A stretch of DNA of 64,000 nt, taken from an uncultured candidate division Zixibacteria bacterium (lineage in GTDB: Bacteria > Zixibacteria > MSB-5A5 > GN15 > FEB-12). The position numbers and the translations under genes are program-made. The stretch is from contig CAVTJJ010000004.1 of NCBI GenBank assembly GCA_963735035.1, forward strand, positions 320,001 through 384,000, in the 5' to 3' direction. Shown here in pieces: positions 9,598 to 19,070 of this stretch (the first letter of the stretch is position 1; each line of letters opens with the position of its first letter). The notes beneath the pieces were generated by a model, which saw only the letters and a list, made by a program, of their open reading frames with translations, did no database searches and was not told the DNA's origin.

Positions 9598-10210
9598 CGG
9601 CTACTGGCTGACCGCCGCGCTGCTTCTCACAGCCGCTTCGGCCTTCGCCCAGTCGGCGGCGGACTCTACCCATAAAGATACATTGACTGTCATAGCCAAA
9701 CCGGCTGAACCGGTTCGGGTCGATACCGTTCTGTTCATTCCGAAAGAGAGCGATGCCGCTGCGGCCGAGGTGGCCAACCCGGTCGATCTGGAAAAGCATC
9801 TGACTCAGCCGCCGACCCGGGCGCTGTTCAAGTCGATGTTGTTACCGGGGTGGGGGCAAGTGGGCAACCGACGGTATCTCAAAGCGGCGTTTTTCGCGGG
9901 GATAGAGGGCTGGATGTTCGTGAAGGCCATCGGCTTTAGCCGCGAAACGAGAGACGCGCGTACTCGCTACGATGCGGCCACCAGCTATGCGGACAGGGTG
10001 GTGGCATATCAGACTTATGACAGCAAGCGCAAGAGCCGGAACAAGTATGTCTGGTTCGGCGGATTTACCATCTTCATTTCGATGTTCGACGCCTATGTAG
10101 ACGCCCACCTGTCCGGCTCACCCGCCGACCATCGCAACGATAAGCTCTCGTTCGATGTGGGGCCATCGTCCAGCGGCGGGGCGCAGGCGTTGATCAATTA
10201 CAATTTCTAG
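9566..10210 (+). CDS. DUF5683-like membrane protein
   Basis: Signal peptide; SMLLPGWGQ..N and DAYVDAHL motifs. Confidence 0.75.
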   Translation: MKTKSYKCCVSGYWLTAALLLTAASAFAQSAADSTHKDTLTVIAKPAEPVRVDTVLFIPKESDAAAAEVANPVDLEKHLTQPPTRALFKSMLLPGWGQVGNRRYLKAAFFAGIEGWMFVKAIGFSRETRDARTRYDAATSYADRVVAYQTYDSKRKSRNKYVWFGGFTIFISMFDAYVDAHLSGSPADHRNDKLSFDVGPSSSGGAQALINYNF

Positions 10211-11652
10211 CTGTCGAGTACGAAATCCCGGATGTTGAGTCCGTAGTGGGTGGGATCGATCTGGCGCACGACCTTGCGGTTGGCATTCACCGGAAGTGAC
10301 AAATCCAGCCAGAGTGGTTCACCCAACAGACCGCTGCGGTCGCCGACAATCTTGACATAAGGTCGGAGCGGTTCCTTGTCGTTGTTGGTCAGGACCAGCG
10401 CGATTTCATCGGTGCTAAGCAGAATCAGACTGCCGGCCGGGTAGATGCCGATGATTTCATTGAAGAGCTTCAGCAGGAACGGATCGAATTTATTGGTCAT
10501 CTGGAACCGCATCTTCTTGAGCGCCTGATCGGCCGGCATCGCGGCTTTCATGTACACCCGTCCCGAAGCCAACGCGTCGAAACAGTCTACCACAGAAATG
10601 ATTCGCGAAAACAGGTTTGGCTCGCGGCGATTATGGTGAAGCATGGGGTAGCCGGTAAAGTCGCTGTTGATATGGTGTTCGAATGCGGCTCGTGCCGCCC
10701 GTGCGGCATAGACGTCTAATTTTAGCCCGCGAAGAATCGTCTTGCTGCCCAGAAGCGGGTGCCTCTGCATCTGGATCCAGTCGTTTTCGTCAAAAGCATC
10801 CGGCTTGCGGATTAGATCCTGAGGCAGCTTGACCTTGCCGACATCATGGAACAACCCGGCAAAACCCAGTTGTGACAGACGGGCCCGGTCCAATTCCATG
10901 CGTACGCCCATGGTGAGGGCATAGACCGTCACGTTGGTTGAATGAGCGAAAGTGTAATCGTCGAAATCGCGTATAGCCGTCAGCTCGATCATCGAATCCT
11001 GATCTCGACTGATATGGTCGATCAGGCTGTGGACGACCCGTTTGGTGCGAGCGGCATTGATCTCCTGACCATCGCGCATGCTGACCACTATATCCTGGAC
11101 CACCGACATCGCCTTGAAGAACGTGTTCCGGGCCATCGTGCGGAACTCCAAGCGCTTGTCATCGCCGTTTTCCGTTGGATCGTCCGATGACTCCTCCGCC
11201 GAGAGAAGACGAATCTGTGTCAAGCCGTGATCCGCGAGCCGGGCCGCGAGTCCGGTCAAGTCGGTATCCGACGGCCGCACTTCCGCCATGAACTTGAAGA
11301 AGCGGGCGGCTTCCGGCGGTTCTATATCCGCATCGATGCTAATCCCGCCAATACCGAGTTGTCGCCACTCTTCGACGACATCACCCGCGCCGGAGAGTCC
11401 CTGACCGTCGAATTTGATCATGGTCTGGTTGACGAAGAAATGCCCGGAGACATGCTTTATAGTTACTTCCGCCCGTTCACCCGCCACGATCCGGAAAATC
11501 TCCAGTAGACTGTGAAGTTGCTTCTTGAACACGTCGTTGGATTCGTCCACCAGACGCGCAGTCTTGCACAGGACGAAGAAAGCGTTCAGCAGTTTGATTT
11601 CATGCTGGCCCGCGACGGGACGATGAACAATTGGCTCAAACGGGCTATTCAT
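10207..11652 (-). CDS. HD-GYP domain phosphodiesterase
   Basis: YTFAHS, FHDVGK, EHH...GYP, VDCFDAL and FDP motifs; start overlaps the upstream stop. Confidence 0.9.
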   Translation of the reverse strand: MNSPFEPIVHRPVAGQHEIKLLNAFFVLCKTARLVDESNDVFKKQLHSLLEIFRIVAGERAEVTIKHVSGHFFVNQTMIKFDGQGLSGAGDVVEEWRQLGIGGISIDADIEPPEAARFFKFMAEVRPSDTDLTGLAARLADHGLTQIRLLSAEESSDDPTENGDDKRLEFRTMARNTFFKAMSVVQDIVVSMRDGQEINAARTKRVVHSLIDHISRDQDSMIELTAIRDFDDYTFAHSTNVTVYALTMGVRMELDRARLSQLGFAGLFHDVGKVKLPQDLIRKPDAFDENDWIQMQRHPLLGSKTILRGLKLDVYAARAARAAFEHHINSDFTGYPMLHHNRREPNLFSRIISVVDCFDALASGRVYMKAAMPADQALKKMRFQMTNKFDPFLLKLFNEIIGIYPAGSLILLSTDEIALVLTNNDKEPLRPYVKIVGDRSGLLGEPLWLDLSLPVNANRKVVRQIDPTHYGLNIRDFVLDS

Positions 11653-13534
11653 GGTCATCTCCGTAGATGAGTTCGCGTCGTTTTTGAAGCGCCGCGTGAG
11701 CCTGAGCTTTGAGGTCCGCCCGCCAGCTTCCTGAGAACTTGACCAGCACACGTTCGGCCTTTTCGCCGCGATTGTGAGCCAACGCCTCGAACGCGGCCTC
11801 GCGGTAGAACGTGGTGTTGCGGTCACCGAACAGATTGACTTTCTCCGCTAGCTCCACGAGGTAATCGACCGCCTCATCACCGCCCAGTCGAGAGTAGGCG
11901 ATCAGAACGTCGCGCTTATCGATAGGCGCGAGCCGGTCAAAACTATCACTGGCTAACAGCTCTGTGAGTGCATCGAATCCGGGCCGTCCGCGATATTTTT
12001 CGATAAGGCGCACCGCCGACTGTTGAATCTCGATTTCCTGATCATTGGCCAATTCGCGCAACATTTTGAGAGTATGGTCACCCGGACAGTCGGCCAGCGT
12101 CTTCACGAGGAGACGGCGTACCTCCAGATCACGATGACGCGCCACCCTGGACAGATGCTGCATGGCGTCGGCCGATCCGATCGTAGCCAGGATGCTGATG
12201 GACGCCGCCACGACCTCGCTGCGACGGTCGCTGAGTCCCTTGGCGATGATCGGAATTCGCTCCCGGCCGCGAAGCACCAGGTAGTCGCGGACAGCTTCGC
12301 GATGATGCGCATGTTGCAGTTCGCCGATCGACTCGGTGATAGCCATGAGGGCTTCCCAGTCGAAATTTTCCAGATAACGGCGCACTTCGAGGCTACCCAC
12401 TTCGTGATTTTCATTTAGGGTGTGGCAGAAGATCGCGAGGCGTTCGCGGGAACCGGCGGTTGTGCGCGCCTCTTTGAGCCTTTCGGCCCACATCGGACGA
12501 TTAGGTCGCAGTTGGTCCTGCAGCAAGGCGAAATGGCGCAACAGGTCGGAGGCATAAGTAAGTTTGCCGGCTTTCAGAAATTCGGTGACTATGCGCTCGC
12601 TGATGGTGACGGTCTCGAAGAAATCCGACATCTCCGCTTCCTGGTGGAGCATCTCTTTGACCAGGTCGCAGGTTGACTCGTATTCGGTGAACTTGGCGTC
12701 CTGGCAGACCAACTCGGCGACTCGTTTGGTTTCTTCTTCCGAAAGTTTGTACTCGTCGCTGAGGATCAGCTTGGTATCCAGGACACGCGGCCCCGCGACG
12801 GCATCAGCCAGACCCATAGCGTTGGTAGCGGCACTTACCTGAAGGGCCCGGTCAAGTTCTTCCTTCCCGGTCGAGAGCACTCCGGCTTTGGGAGACGGGT
12901 CGGCTGAGTCATCGGCTAAGAAGCCGACCTGTATACGGCTGGAAGTATCGCCGAAATGATTCTCGGAATCATCAAAGATGTCCTCGTAGTCTTGGTCGGA
13001 TTTGCCGACCACGAAGCCCCTGCCGAAACTGCCGCCGTGGTCGCGCACTTCCTGCACCTGTATCTGACCGTCATATTGACGAAGCTGAACGTCTTCGGCC
13101 GTTTCGTAACTGATGTTCTTCAGAGCCGCTTCCCAGAGACCGGCCACGAGGTCGCGCGTGCGGCGGTCCGCTCCCTGGTAATCTTTGAGGACGTCCAGGA
13201 GACGGTAGATGTCGTCGACTTCAAGGCCGTATTTGAACGTTAAGCGGTTGACCCCGGAGTCAAAGAACAGCCCCGCCAGGCTTTCTTCGCGGGATTTGTC
13301 GGTGAAGACCGATTCTTTGCCCAGATGAAGGCTGGTGGCTGTGAGAACAAAATCCAGTTCCCCGTAGCGCGAAACGATGTCAACGAGGCGTTCGGCAAAG
13401 GTCCGTCTGAGCGATTGGGGCAGGGGGTTGTTCTCGGGGTACATCGCGACAATCTTGATGACCTTGAGAAAATCTTTCAAGATGAGTCGAATGTCTTCGA
13501 GTTTTCGGTCCGATGTCGTTTTTTCAGCGCTCAT
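11645..13534 (-). CDS. HEAT-repeat protein
   Basis: C-terminal HEAT/PBS-like repeats (LSDRRSEVV, HRDLEVRR, DQEIEIQQSA); N-terminal MYPENNP domain. Confidence 0.8.
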   Translation of the reverse strand: MSAEKTTSDRKLEDIRLILKDFLKVIKIVAMYPENNPLPQSLRRTFAERLVDIVSRYGELDFVLTATSLHLGKESVFTDKSREESLAGLFFDSGVNRLTFKYGLEVDDIYRLLDVLKDYQGADRRTRDLVAGLWEAALKNISYETAEDVQLRQYDGQIQVQEVRDHGGSFGRGFVVGKSDQDYEDIFDDSENHFGDTSSRIQVGFLADDSADPSPKAGVLSTGKEELDRALQVSAATNAMGLADAVAGPRVLDTKLILSDEYKLSEEETKRVAELVCQDAKFTEYESTCDLVKEMLHQEAEMSDFFETVTISERIVTEFLKAGKLTYASDLLRHFALLQDQLRPNRPMWAERLKEARTTAGSRERLAIFCHTLNENHEVGSLEVRRYLENFDWEALMAITESIGELQHAHHREAVRDYLVLRGRERIPIIAKGLSDRRSEVVAASISILATIGSADAMQHLSRVARHRDLEVRRLLVKTLADCPGDHTLKMLRELANDQEIEIQQSAVRLIEKYRGRPGFDALTELLASDSFDRLAPIDKRDVLIAYSRLGGDEAVDYLVELAEKVNLFGDRNTTFYREAAFEALAHNRGEKAERVLVKFSGSWRADLKAQAHAALQKRRELIYGDDHE

Positions 13535-13552
13535 ATTACCCCGATTCTCCCA

Positions 13553-13580
13553 TTATCGGCAGTTGAAGTCTCTCCCTTGA
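13553..13580 (-). promoter_or_regulatory. Putative sigma28 (FliA-type) promoter
   Basis: CAAG-N15-GCCGATAA, 18 nt upstream of ATG 13534. Confidence 0.5.
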
Positions 13581-13730
13581 AGGAACCGTTCGTCAACTGT
13601 CCTAGCGGGAGTGATATGAGGGGGTGGGCGTTTCAGTGCGAACCGTTTCGTTCAGAACATCGTCCAATCTGACGACAAATAACTGGTAGACAATTGCTAA
13701 ATAGAAACGCGACTGATAAGGGGATCAATC

Positions 13731-15920
13731 ATGTTCCACCGCTTCGTGCCTAAATCCGTGATTCAGGTTCTTGTCCTGGGTCTGATACTAACCGCCGGCT
13801 TCTCGGCCCAAAGTATGGCGACCACCGATGACGAACTGACGGTCGATTACGTTAGCAGTACTCTCTGGAGATCGGTCAACGACGTAGCCGTTTCGACCGG
13901 TTATGCCTATTGCGCCATGGGCTACGGGCTAAAAGTGCTGGATTTGGGCGATCCGGCCAACCCGACCACAGCGGCGGACCTGCATCTGGTGGGTGAGCAG
14001 GCAGTAGGGATCGCGCTTGACGGCAACTATGCCTATGTAGCGGCCGGTTCACAGGGCTTGTATGTGATCGACATCACCGATCCGTTGAATCCGAGCGTCT
14101 CAGGGAATTATGATACCCCGGGGAATGCGGTGGCCGTGGCCGTTTCCGGCACCTATGCGTATATCGCCGACTCCGATTCCGGCCTTCAGGTGGTCGATAT
14201 CACCGATCCGTCCGCACCATCCGGTGTGGGAAGTCACGATTCCACGTTCGTATGTGATATGGTGGAAGTGTCCGGAAGTTACGCTTACGTGGGAGTCTCG
14301 CAGAACGGGAAAGTGCTCGTCTACGACGTATCCGATCCGTCCGCTCCGACAGTTGTGTCGGATTACACAGCTTTGAACGTCATTTCCGGTATGGCCGTGG
14401 CGAACAATACGCTGTTCGTTCTTGTTGCTTCCAACGGAACTCTCGATGTGGTCGATGTCACCGACCCGAATAATCCGACCTGGCTCAACGAGCACCTCTT
14501 GCTCTGGACCAGCGGTCATGATCTCGCGGTGGTTGGCGATTACGCCTATGTCACTTTCGACTATGAAGTGCTCACCGTGAACGTCAGTGCGCCTCTTTCC
14601 CTGAGCGAGGAGAACTACTTCACTTTGACCAACGGCGGCGGCCCGGTCGCAGTCGACGGCAACTATGGCTACTTCGGCGGGGTGGCCGACGGTCTCGAAG
14701 TAATCGACTTTACCGACATCGCTAACCCGGTTAGCGTGGGTGGGTACAACCAGACCGGTCGGGTCTTCAACGTGAATGTCAGTGGAAACTATGCCTACGT
14801 GGCCGATTTCCAGTCCGGGTTGCAGGTTGTAGACATTACAGATCCCAGCTCTCCGGAGGTCGTGGCGACTTTGGATACGTCCGGCTACGTGCGCCGAGTG
14901 ACGGTTGACGGCGATTACGCTTATCTGGCGATGTCTACTGATGGTGTTAGAGTAGTCGACATCTCCGACCCGCTCTCGCCGACGGTTGTGGCTGAGTACA
15001 ATACGACCGGATACGCTATTTCAGTGACCATCGACAGCATCTTTGCCTACATCGGTGATTCCAACGGCGGACTCACAATTCTCGACGTTACTGATCCCAC
15101 GACACCGACCTTTGTTGGCCAATACGATTCGACCGCCGGCATCTTTGGCGAAGTCGCGGTTGTCGGCAACTACGCTTACGTGACCGGTTACACCGTCGGC
15201 CTGTTCATCATCGATATCTCTGACCCGTCGACGCCGACTAAAGCGGCCTGCTACGACACTCCCGGCAACACCTACTCATTGGAAGTCTCGGGCAACTATC
15301 TGTACCTGGCCGACGGTACTTACGGGCTGAAGATACTTGACATCACGGATCCGGTCGCCCCGGTGCTGGTCGGTTCGTACGCAACCGACACTGAACTTTA
15401 TGATGTCAGGCTCTCCGGCGGCTATGCGTATCTGGCAGTTGACGATGGCGGACTTGTGGTGCTCAATCTGGCTGATCCGGTGTATCCGGTTCTCGCCGGA
15501 AGTATGGACACCTACGGCTACGCCTGCGAACTGTATGTTGTCGATACGCTCGTTTATATAGCCGACAATGAAGGCCTCGTGATCGCCGATGTATCGGCGT
15601 CACCGCAGGGAGTGGGCGACCCCGGCGCGACCGTGATTCCGGCTTCATACGAGCTTGCTCAAAACTACCCCAACCCGTTTAATCCGTCGACTACGATCAT
15701 ATTCGGCGTGCCTTCCCGGGCGGTCATCAGTCTGGAGGTCTTCAACGTGTTGGGTCAGAAAGTGCGGACACTGGTCCATCAAGCCCGGTCAGCCGGAACG
15801 TACCAAATCGACTGGAACGGTCTTGACGAAAACGGCAAGGCCGTGGCGACCGGAGTCTACTTCTACCGGATGCAGGCTAACGACCAGGTGGCCGTCAAGA
15901 AGATGATGTTGATGAAGTAA
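13731..15920 (+). CDS. Secreted LVIVD-repeat beta-propeller protein with FlgD/T9SS-like C-terminal domain
   Basis: Signal peptide; many V.VSGNYAYVAD...GLQVVDITDP repeats; C-terminal LAQNYPNPFNPST...GVYFYR...KKMMLMK. Confidence 0.92.
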   Translation: MFHRFVPKSVIQVLVLGLILTAGFSAQSMATTDDELTVDYVSSTLWRSVNDVAVSTGYAYCAMGYGLKVLDLGDPANPTTAADLHLVGEQAVGIALDGNYAYVAAGSQGLYVIDITDPLNPSVSGNYDTPGNAVAVAVSGTYAYIADSDSGLQVVDITDPSAPSGVGSHDSTFVCDMVEVSGSYAYVGVSQNGKVLVYDVSDPSAPTVVSDYTALNVISGMAVANNTLFVLVASNGTLDVVDVTDPNNPTWLNEHLLLWTSGHDLAVVGDYAYVTFDYEVLTVNVSAPLSLSEENYFTLTNGGGPVAVDGNYGYFGGVADGLEVIDFTDIANPVSVGGYNQTGRVFNVNVSGNYAYVADFQSGLQVVDITDPSSPEVVATLDTSGYVRRVTVDGDYAYLAMSTDGVRVVDISDPLSPTVVAEYNTTGYAISVTIDSIFAYIGDSNGGLTILDVTDPTTPTFVGQYDSTAGIFGEVAVVGNYAYVTGYTVGLFIIDISDPSTPTKAACYDTPGNTYSLEVSGNYLYLADGTYGLKILDITDPVAPVLVGSYATDTELYDVRLSGGYAYLAVDDGGLVVLNLADPVYPVLAGSMDTYGYACELYVVDTLVYIADNEGLVIADVSASPQGVGDPGATVIPASYELAQNYPNPFNPSTTIIFGVPSRAVISLEVFNVLGQKVRTLVHQARSAGTYQIDWNGLDENGKAVATGVYFYRMQANDQVAVKKMMLMK

Positions 15921-15943
15921 ACTCAGTAGCTGAGTCAAATACG

Positions 15944-15981
15944 ACGGGACGGGCTTTGTAAGCCTGTCCCGTTTCTTGTTT
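15944..15981 (+). terminator. Rho-independent terminator
   Basis: ACGGGACGGGCT-loop-AGCCTGTCCCGT followed by a T-rich tail. Confidence 0.75.
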
Positions 15982-16138
15982 ATGCGACTTGACGAAGCAA
16001 AGATTGACAGGGGACGGTAGAGCCGTTATTCTCACAACGTGGTACTGACCAAAGACAAGAAATTCACAGGGGACTGTTTCCGGTCCCTGGCGATAGCGAC
16101 AGAATCTGGCAGGCGACAAGTCGCTGCGGAACGGAATC

Positions 16139-17980
16139 GTGGCCGAGCCTAGTCGGGAAACTCTCCCCAAAGCCCTTACTCCACTGCTCGTCTGGGCGGT
16201 GGTGTTTTGCGATATAGGAACTTCGGTTTACTACTCGCCGGGTATTCTCTACGGTCAGATAGGGAGCCTGACCCCGTTGATGGTTATGGCGGTCACCGTG
16301 GGCTTCCTTCTGTTGGCCATCAAGTACGTCGAAATATGCTGGCGCAATCCCGAAGGTGGCGGCGTTGTCACCGTGGCCTCACGGGCATTCTCTCCGCGCT
16401 GGGGCCTGTTCGGCGGTCTCTTGATCACGGTCGACTATTTCCTGACTTCGGCGGTCTCGGCCATATCCGGGATGCACTATCTCGGCTCTCTGTTCCCGTC
16501 TTTTCAATCCTATGCCGTCTTGATCGCGGTGGTGGCGCTGATCTTTCTCGCCGTAATCAATGTCATCGGTATTCGCGAGAGCGCCGGACTGTCGCTGACC
16601 ATGGGCGTCGCCGCGTTTGCAGTGGCCATTGTCGTGGTAGCGATTACGATCTACATGATGTCTAACGCCGACTGGACCTCGGTTGGCAACCACCTGACCG
16701 TCCCCGAAGACGTCCGCTTTCCGACTCTTCTGGTGGGCTTCGGGGGCGCCTGGCTGGCTTTCTCAGGGCTGGAGAGTATTTCCCAGTTGAGCCCCGCCAT
16801 GCGGCTGCCGGTGGATAAGACGGCACGTCGCGGCATGTGGCTGGTGATCATCAGCGTGGTGGCGACATCACCACTGCTGACTCTTTTGTCCGTATCGATT
16901 GTGCCTGAATCCATCAAGGCCACGCGCGCCGAGCGATTTATTTCGGAACTGGCCGATGTCTACGGCGGCCTGCCGATGAAAGCAGCAGTTGTGGTAACGG
17001 CCTCGGTGCTGCTTCTCTTTGCAGCCAACACTGCCATTATCGGGGGATACCATGTATTCCTGGCCCTCTCCAAACAGGGTTTTCTTCCGCAAGTACTCAC
17101 ACGCCGCAACAAACGGTTCAAGACCCCACACATGGCCATTCTTTTGGCTACGGTGGTGCCGGTCGGTGTGCTGATATTCACGAAGGGCAATATCACTCTG
17201 TTGGGCGAGATGTACGCCTTTGGACTACTCGGAGCGTTCACGCTCAGTTCGCTCGGACTCGATGTTATCCGCTGGCGGGATCATCAACGTGGCTGGATGT
17301 TCATCGTGGGTCTGTTTACGACTCTCCTGGTCATGGTGGCGTGGGGCGTTGTGCTAGTCACCAAGCATCAGGCGACAATTTTCGGCGGCACGATCGTAGT
17401 GATAGGTATGCTTGTAGCGGTGCCCTTCAAGCAGGGGCTTTTCACTGCCTGGCTCTACCGGGTTCCCCTTGTTGACCGGTTGGCTACCCGCAAGATCGCC
17501 ATCGCGGAGCGTGACGTTGAAGAGGCCACCGAGTTGATCTCGCTGAGCGCTGCGGAAAATATCGCTCCGCTTTATCCCTCACACACGCTGGTCGCCGTGC
17601 TCGGTCAGAACCCATATCTCATAGGCGAGGCGATCACCCGCGAGAAAGGGTTGGGCGGGAAGTTCGTTTACGCGATTCATGTCGAGGAACGACCCGGCCT
17701 GTTTGTCGATGCCGCTGCGAAACCGTCGCAGGAAGCGGTCGATTCGCTTCTTTTCGCCTACGCCGAGGCGCAGAAACACAACTTCACGCTGATCCCCGTC
17801 TGGACCATCTCGTATGCGGCCTCCGAAGGCATCGCCCGCGCGGCCACGGTGCTGGCGGTCGATACGGTCGCACTGGGGGTAGGGCGCCGCAGTTCAATCT
17901 ACCATCTCTTGCGCGGTCATGTAATTAACAACCTGATCAAGCGTTTGCCGGAAAAGTGCCACCTCTGGCTGGTTAACTAG
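16139..17980 (+). CDS. APC-family permease (KimA/YdaO-like) with C-terminal USP-like domain
   Basis: DIGTSVYY, PEGGG, VDYFLT.AVS and FSGLESIS motifs; soluble C-terminus ending LLRGHVINNLIKRLP. Confidence 0.82.
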   Translation: MAEPSRETLPKALTPLLVWAVVFCDIGTSVYYSPGILYGQIGSLTPLMVMAVTVGFLLLAIKYVEICWRNPEGGGVVTVASRAFSPRWGLFGGLLITVDYFLTSAVSAISGMHYLGSLFPSFQSYAVLIAVVALIFLAVINVIGIRESAGLSLTMGVAAFAVAIVVVAITIYMMSNADWTSVGNHLTVPEDVRFPTLLVGFGGAWLAFSGLESISQLSPAMRLPVDKTARRGMWLVIISVVATSPLLTLLSVSIVPESIKATRAERFISELADVYGGLPMKAAVVVTASVLLLFAANTAIIGGYHVFLALSKQGFLPQVLTRRNKRFKTPHMAILLATVVPVGVLIFTKGNITLLGEMYAFGLLGAFTLSSLGLDVIRWRDHQRGWMFIVGLFTTLLVMVAWGVVLVTKHQATIFGGTIVVIGMLVAVPFKQGLFTAWLYRVPLVDRLATRKIAIAERDVEEATELISLSAAENIAPLYPSHTLVAVLGQNPYLIGEAITREKGLGGKFVYAIHVEERPGLFVDAAAKPSQEAVDSLLFAYAEAQKHNFTLIPVWTISYAASEGIARAATVLAVDTVALGVGRRSSIYHLLRGHVINNLIKRLPEKCHLWLVN

Positions 17981-18143
17981 TTTCGGGACCCGCCGTCACA
18001 CACCAAAGTTTTTGGGTGACTGGCATCTGATAATCCTGTTGAATTTGGGAGGTTGGGCGGGTTGGCAGGTCGAAACCCGTGTGGTTTCGACATTATGCCT
18101 TTTCACCCCACTCAACCGGAGTGTTGAAAATGTATATGTACTC

Positions 18144-18272
18144 GTCATTGCGAGCGAAGATGGCCCGCCGTCAGGCGGGACATCGTAGCGCGGCAATCTC
18201 AAGATTGTTGCGGCAGTGCTATTTGAGATCGCCACGTCTCGCCCACGAGGCGCGGTCGAGACTCGCGATGAC
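18144..18272 (+). repeat. 129-bp MITE/REP-like element with terminal inverted repeats
   Basis: GTCATTGCGAG...CTCGCGATGAC; near-identical 129-bp copy at 29947-30075. Confidence 0.9.
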
Positions 18273-18331
18273 AGCGAAAGCACTTTTGCAACATCCCCCG
18301 ACGGGTGGGAATTTGTACGTGTGAGGAAGAT

Positions 18332-18835
18332 ATGAAACGCAAAGTAACCCTTCGAGGCATTCTCATCGTTCTGGTCGTGTTGATTGTGGTCGCGCAGCTC
18401 GTACCGGTCACGCGGGACAATCCGCCGATCCAGTCCGATTTCAACGACAACGCCGCGGTGAAGCAGGTGCTGAAGAAGTCCTGCTATGATTGCCATTCCA
18501 ACGAGTCGGTTTGGCCCTGGTATAGCTATGTCGCGCCGGTGTCGTGGCTGGTGGCGAGCGACGTTCATGAAGCGCGCCAGAAGATCAATTTCTCCAACTG
18601 GGGTCTGATGCCGGCGACGAAACAAAAGCTCGCCCCGCAAAATATGCTGGATGAAATCGACGAAGGCGGCATGCCGCTGCCTATATACCTGATCATGCAT
18701 TCCAACGCCAAGCTGACCGACGCCGATAAGGCGACCATTCGCGCCTGGGTGGAAGGTGGTACGTCAAGCGACACAACCGGCAGTACGACAGGCGACACGA
18801 CCAAACCGGTCGAGCCGGAAGAAGAGAGCGAGTAG
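18332..18835 (+). CDS. Monoheme cytochrome c (Haem_bd domain)
   Basis: SCYDCHSN, WPWYS.VAP.SW, NFS.W, MP..Y..MH; GAGGA RBS. Confidence 0.9.
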   Translation: MKRKVTLRGILIVLVVLIVVAQLVPVTRDNPPIQSDFNDNAAVKQVLKKSCYDCHSNESVWPWYSYVAPVSWLVASDVHEARQKINFSNWGLMPATKQKLAPQNMLDEIDEGGMPLPIYLIMHSNAKLTDADKATIRAWVEGGTSSDTTGSTTGDTTKPVEPEEESE

Positions 18836-18879
18836 TCGGTTTGGGTGGCCCACCCGCTGCTATGTACTGTGTCAAGGGC

Positions 18880-19070
18880 TTTCTGTTCAGGCATAGGACT
18901 CGAACCAGTCTGCTATTCGTGGTCGCTGACTGGCAGCGCCACAGGCAATGTATCCGCTCGTGACCTGGCGAGGCAGCAGACTTGCGGACGTGGTCTCGGT
19001 TGGCCCGAGCCACAGCGGGTGGGTCGCTGTTCTCGCGTTAGCTTGGTACGGTTCCGACTCCTTGGTTATC
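18880..19070 (-). ncRNA. Predicted bridge/seek RNA of the IS110 element
   Basis: Non-coding region 3' of tnp; two stem-loops with internal loops matching target and donor junction; ends approximate. Confidence 0.75.

Noticed and set aside
11653..11826. Longer N-terminus for the HD-GYP protein
   Set aside because: It overlaps the HEAT gene; the coupled start at 11652 is more likely.
13731..15920. Internal repeats as DGR template/variable repeats
   Set aside because: They are ordinary diverged LVIVD protein repeats, and no reverse transcriptase is present.
15985..16140. c-di-AMP (ydaO) riboswitch upstream of the KimA-like gene
   Set aside because: I could not find the conserved GCUGAAUC / GGGGUGAAUC / CCCGUCAGCUAAC elements.
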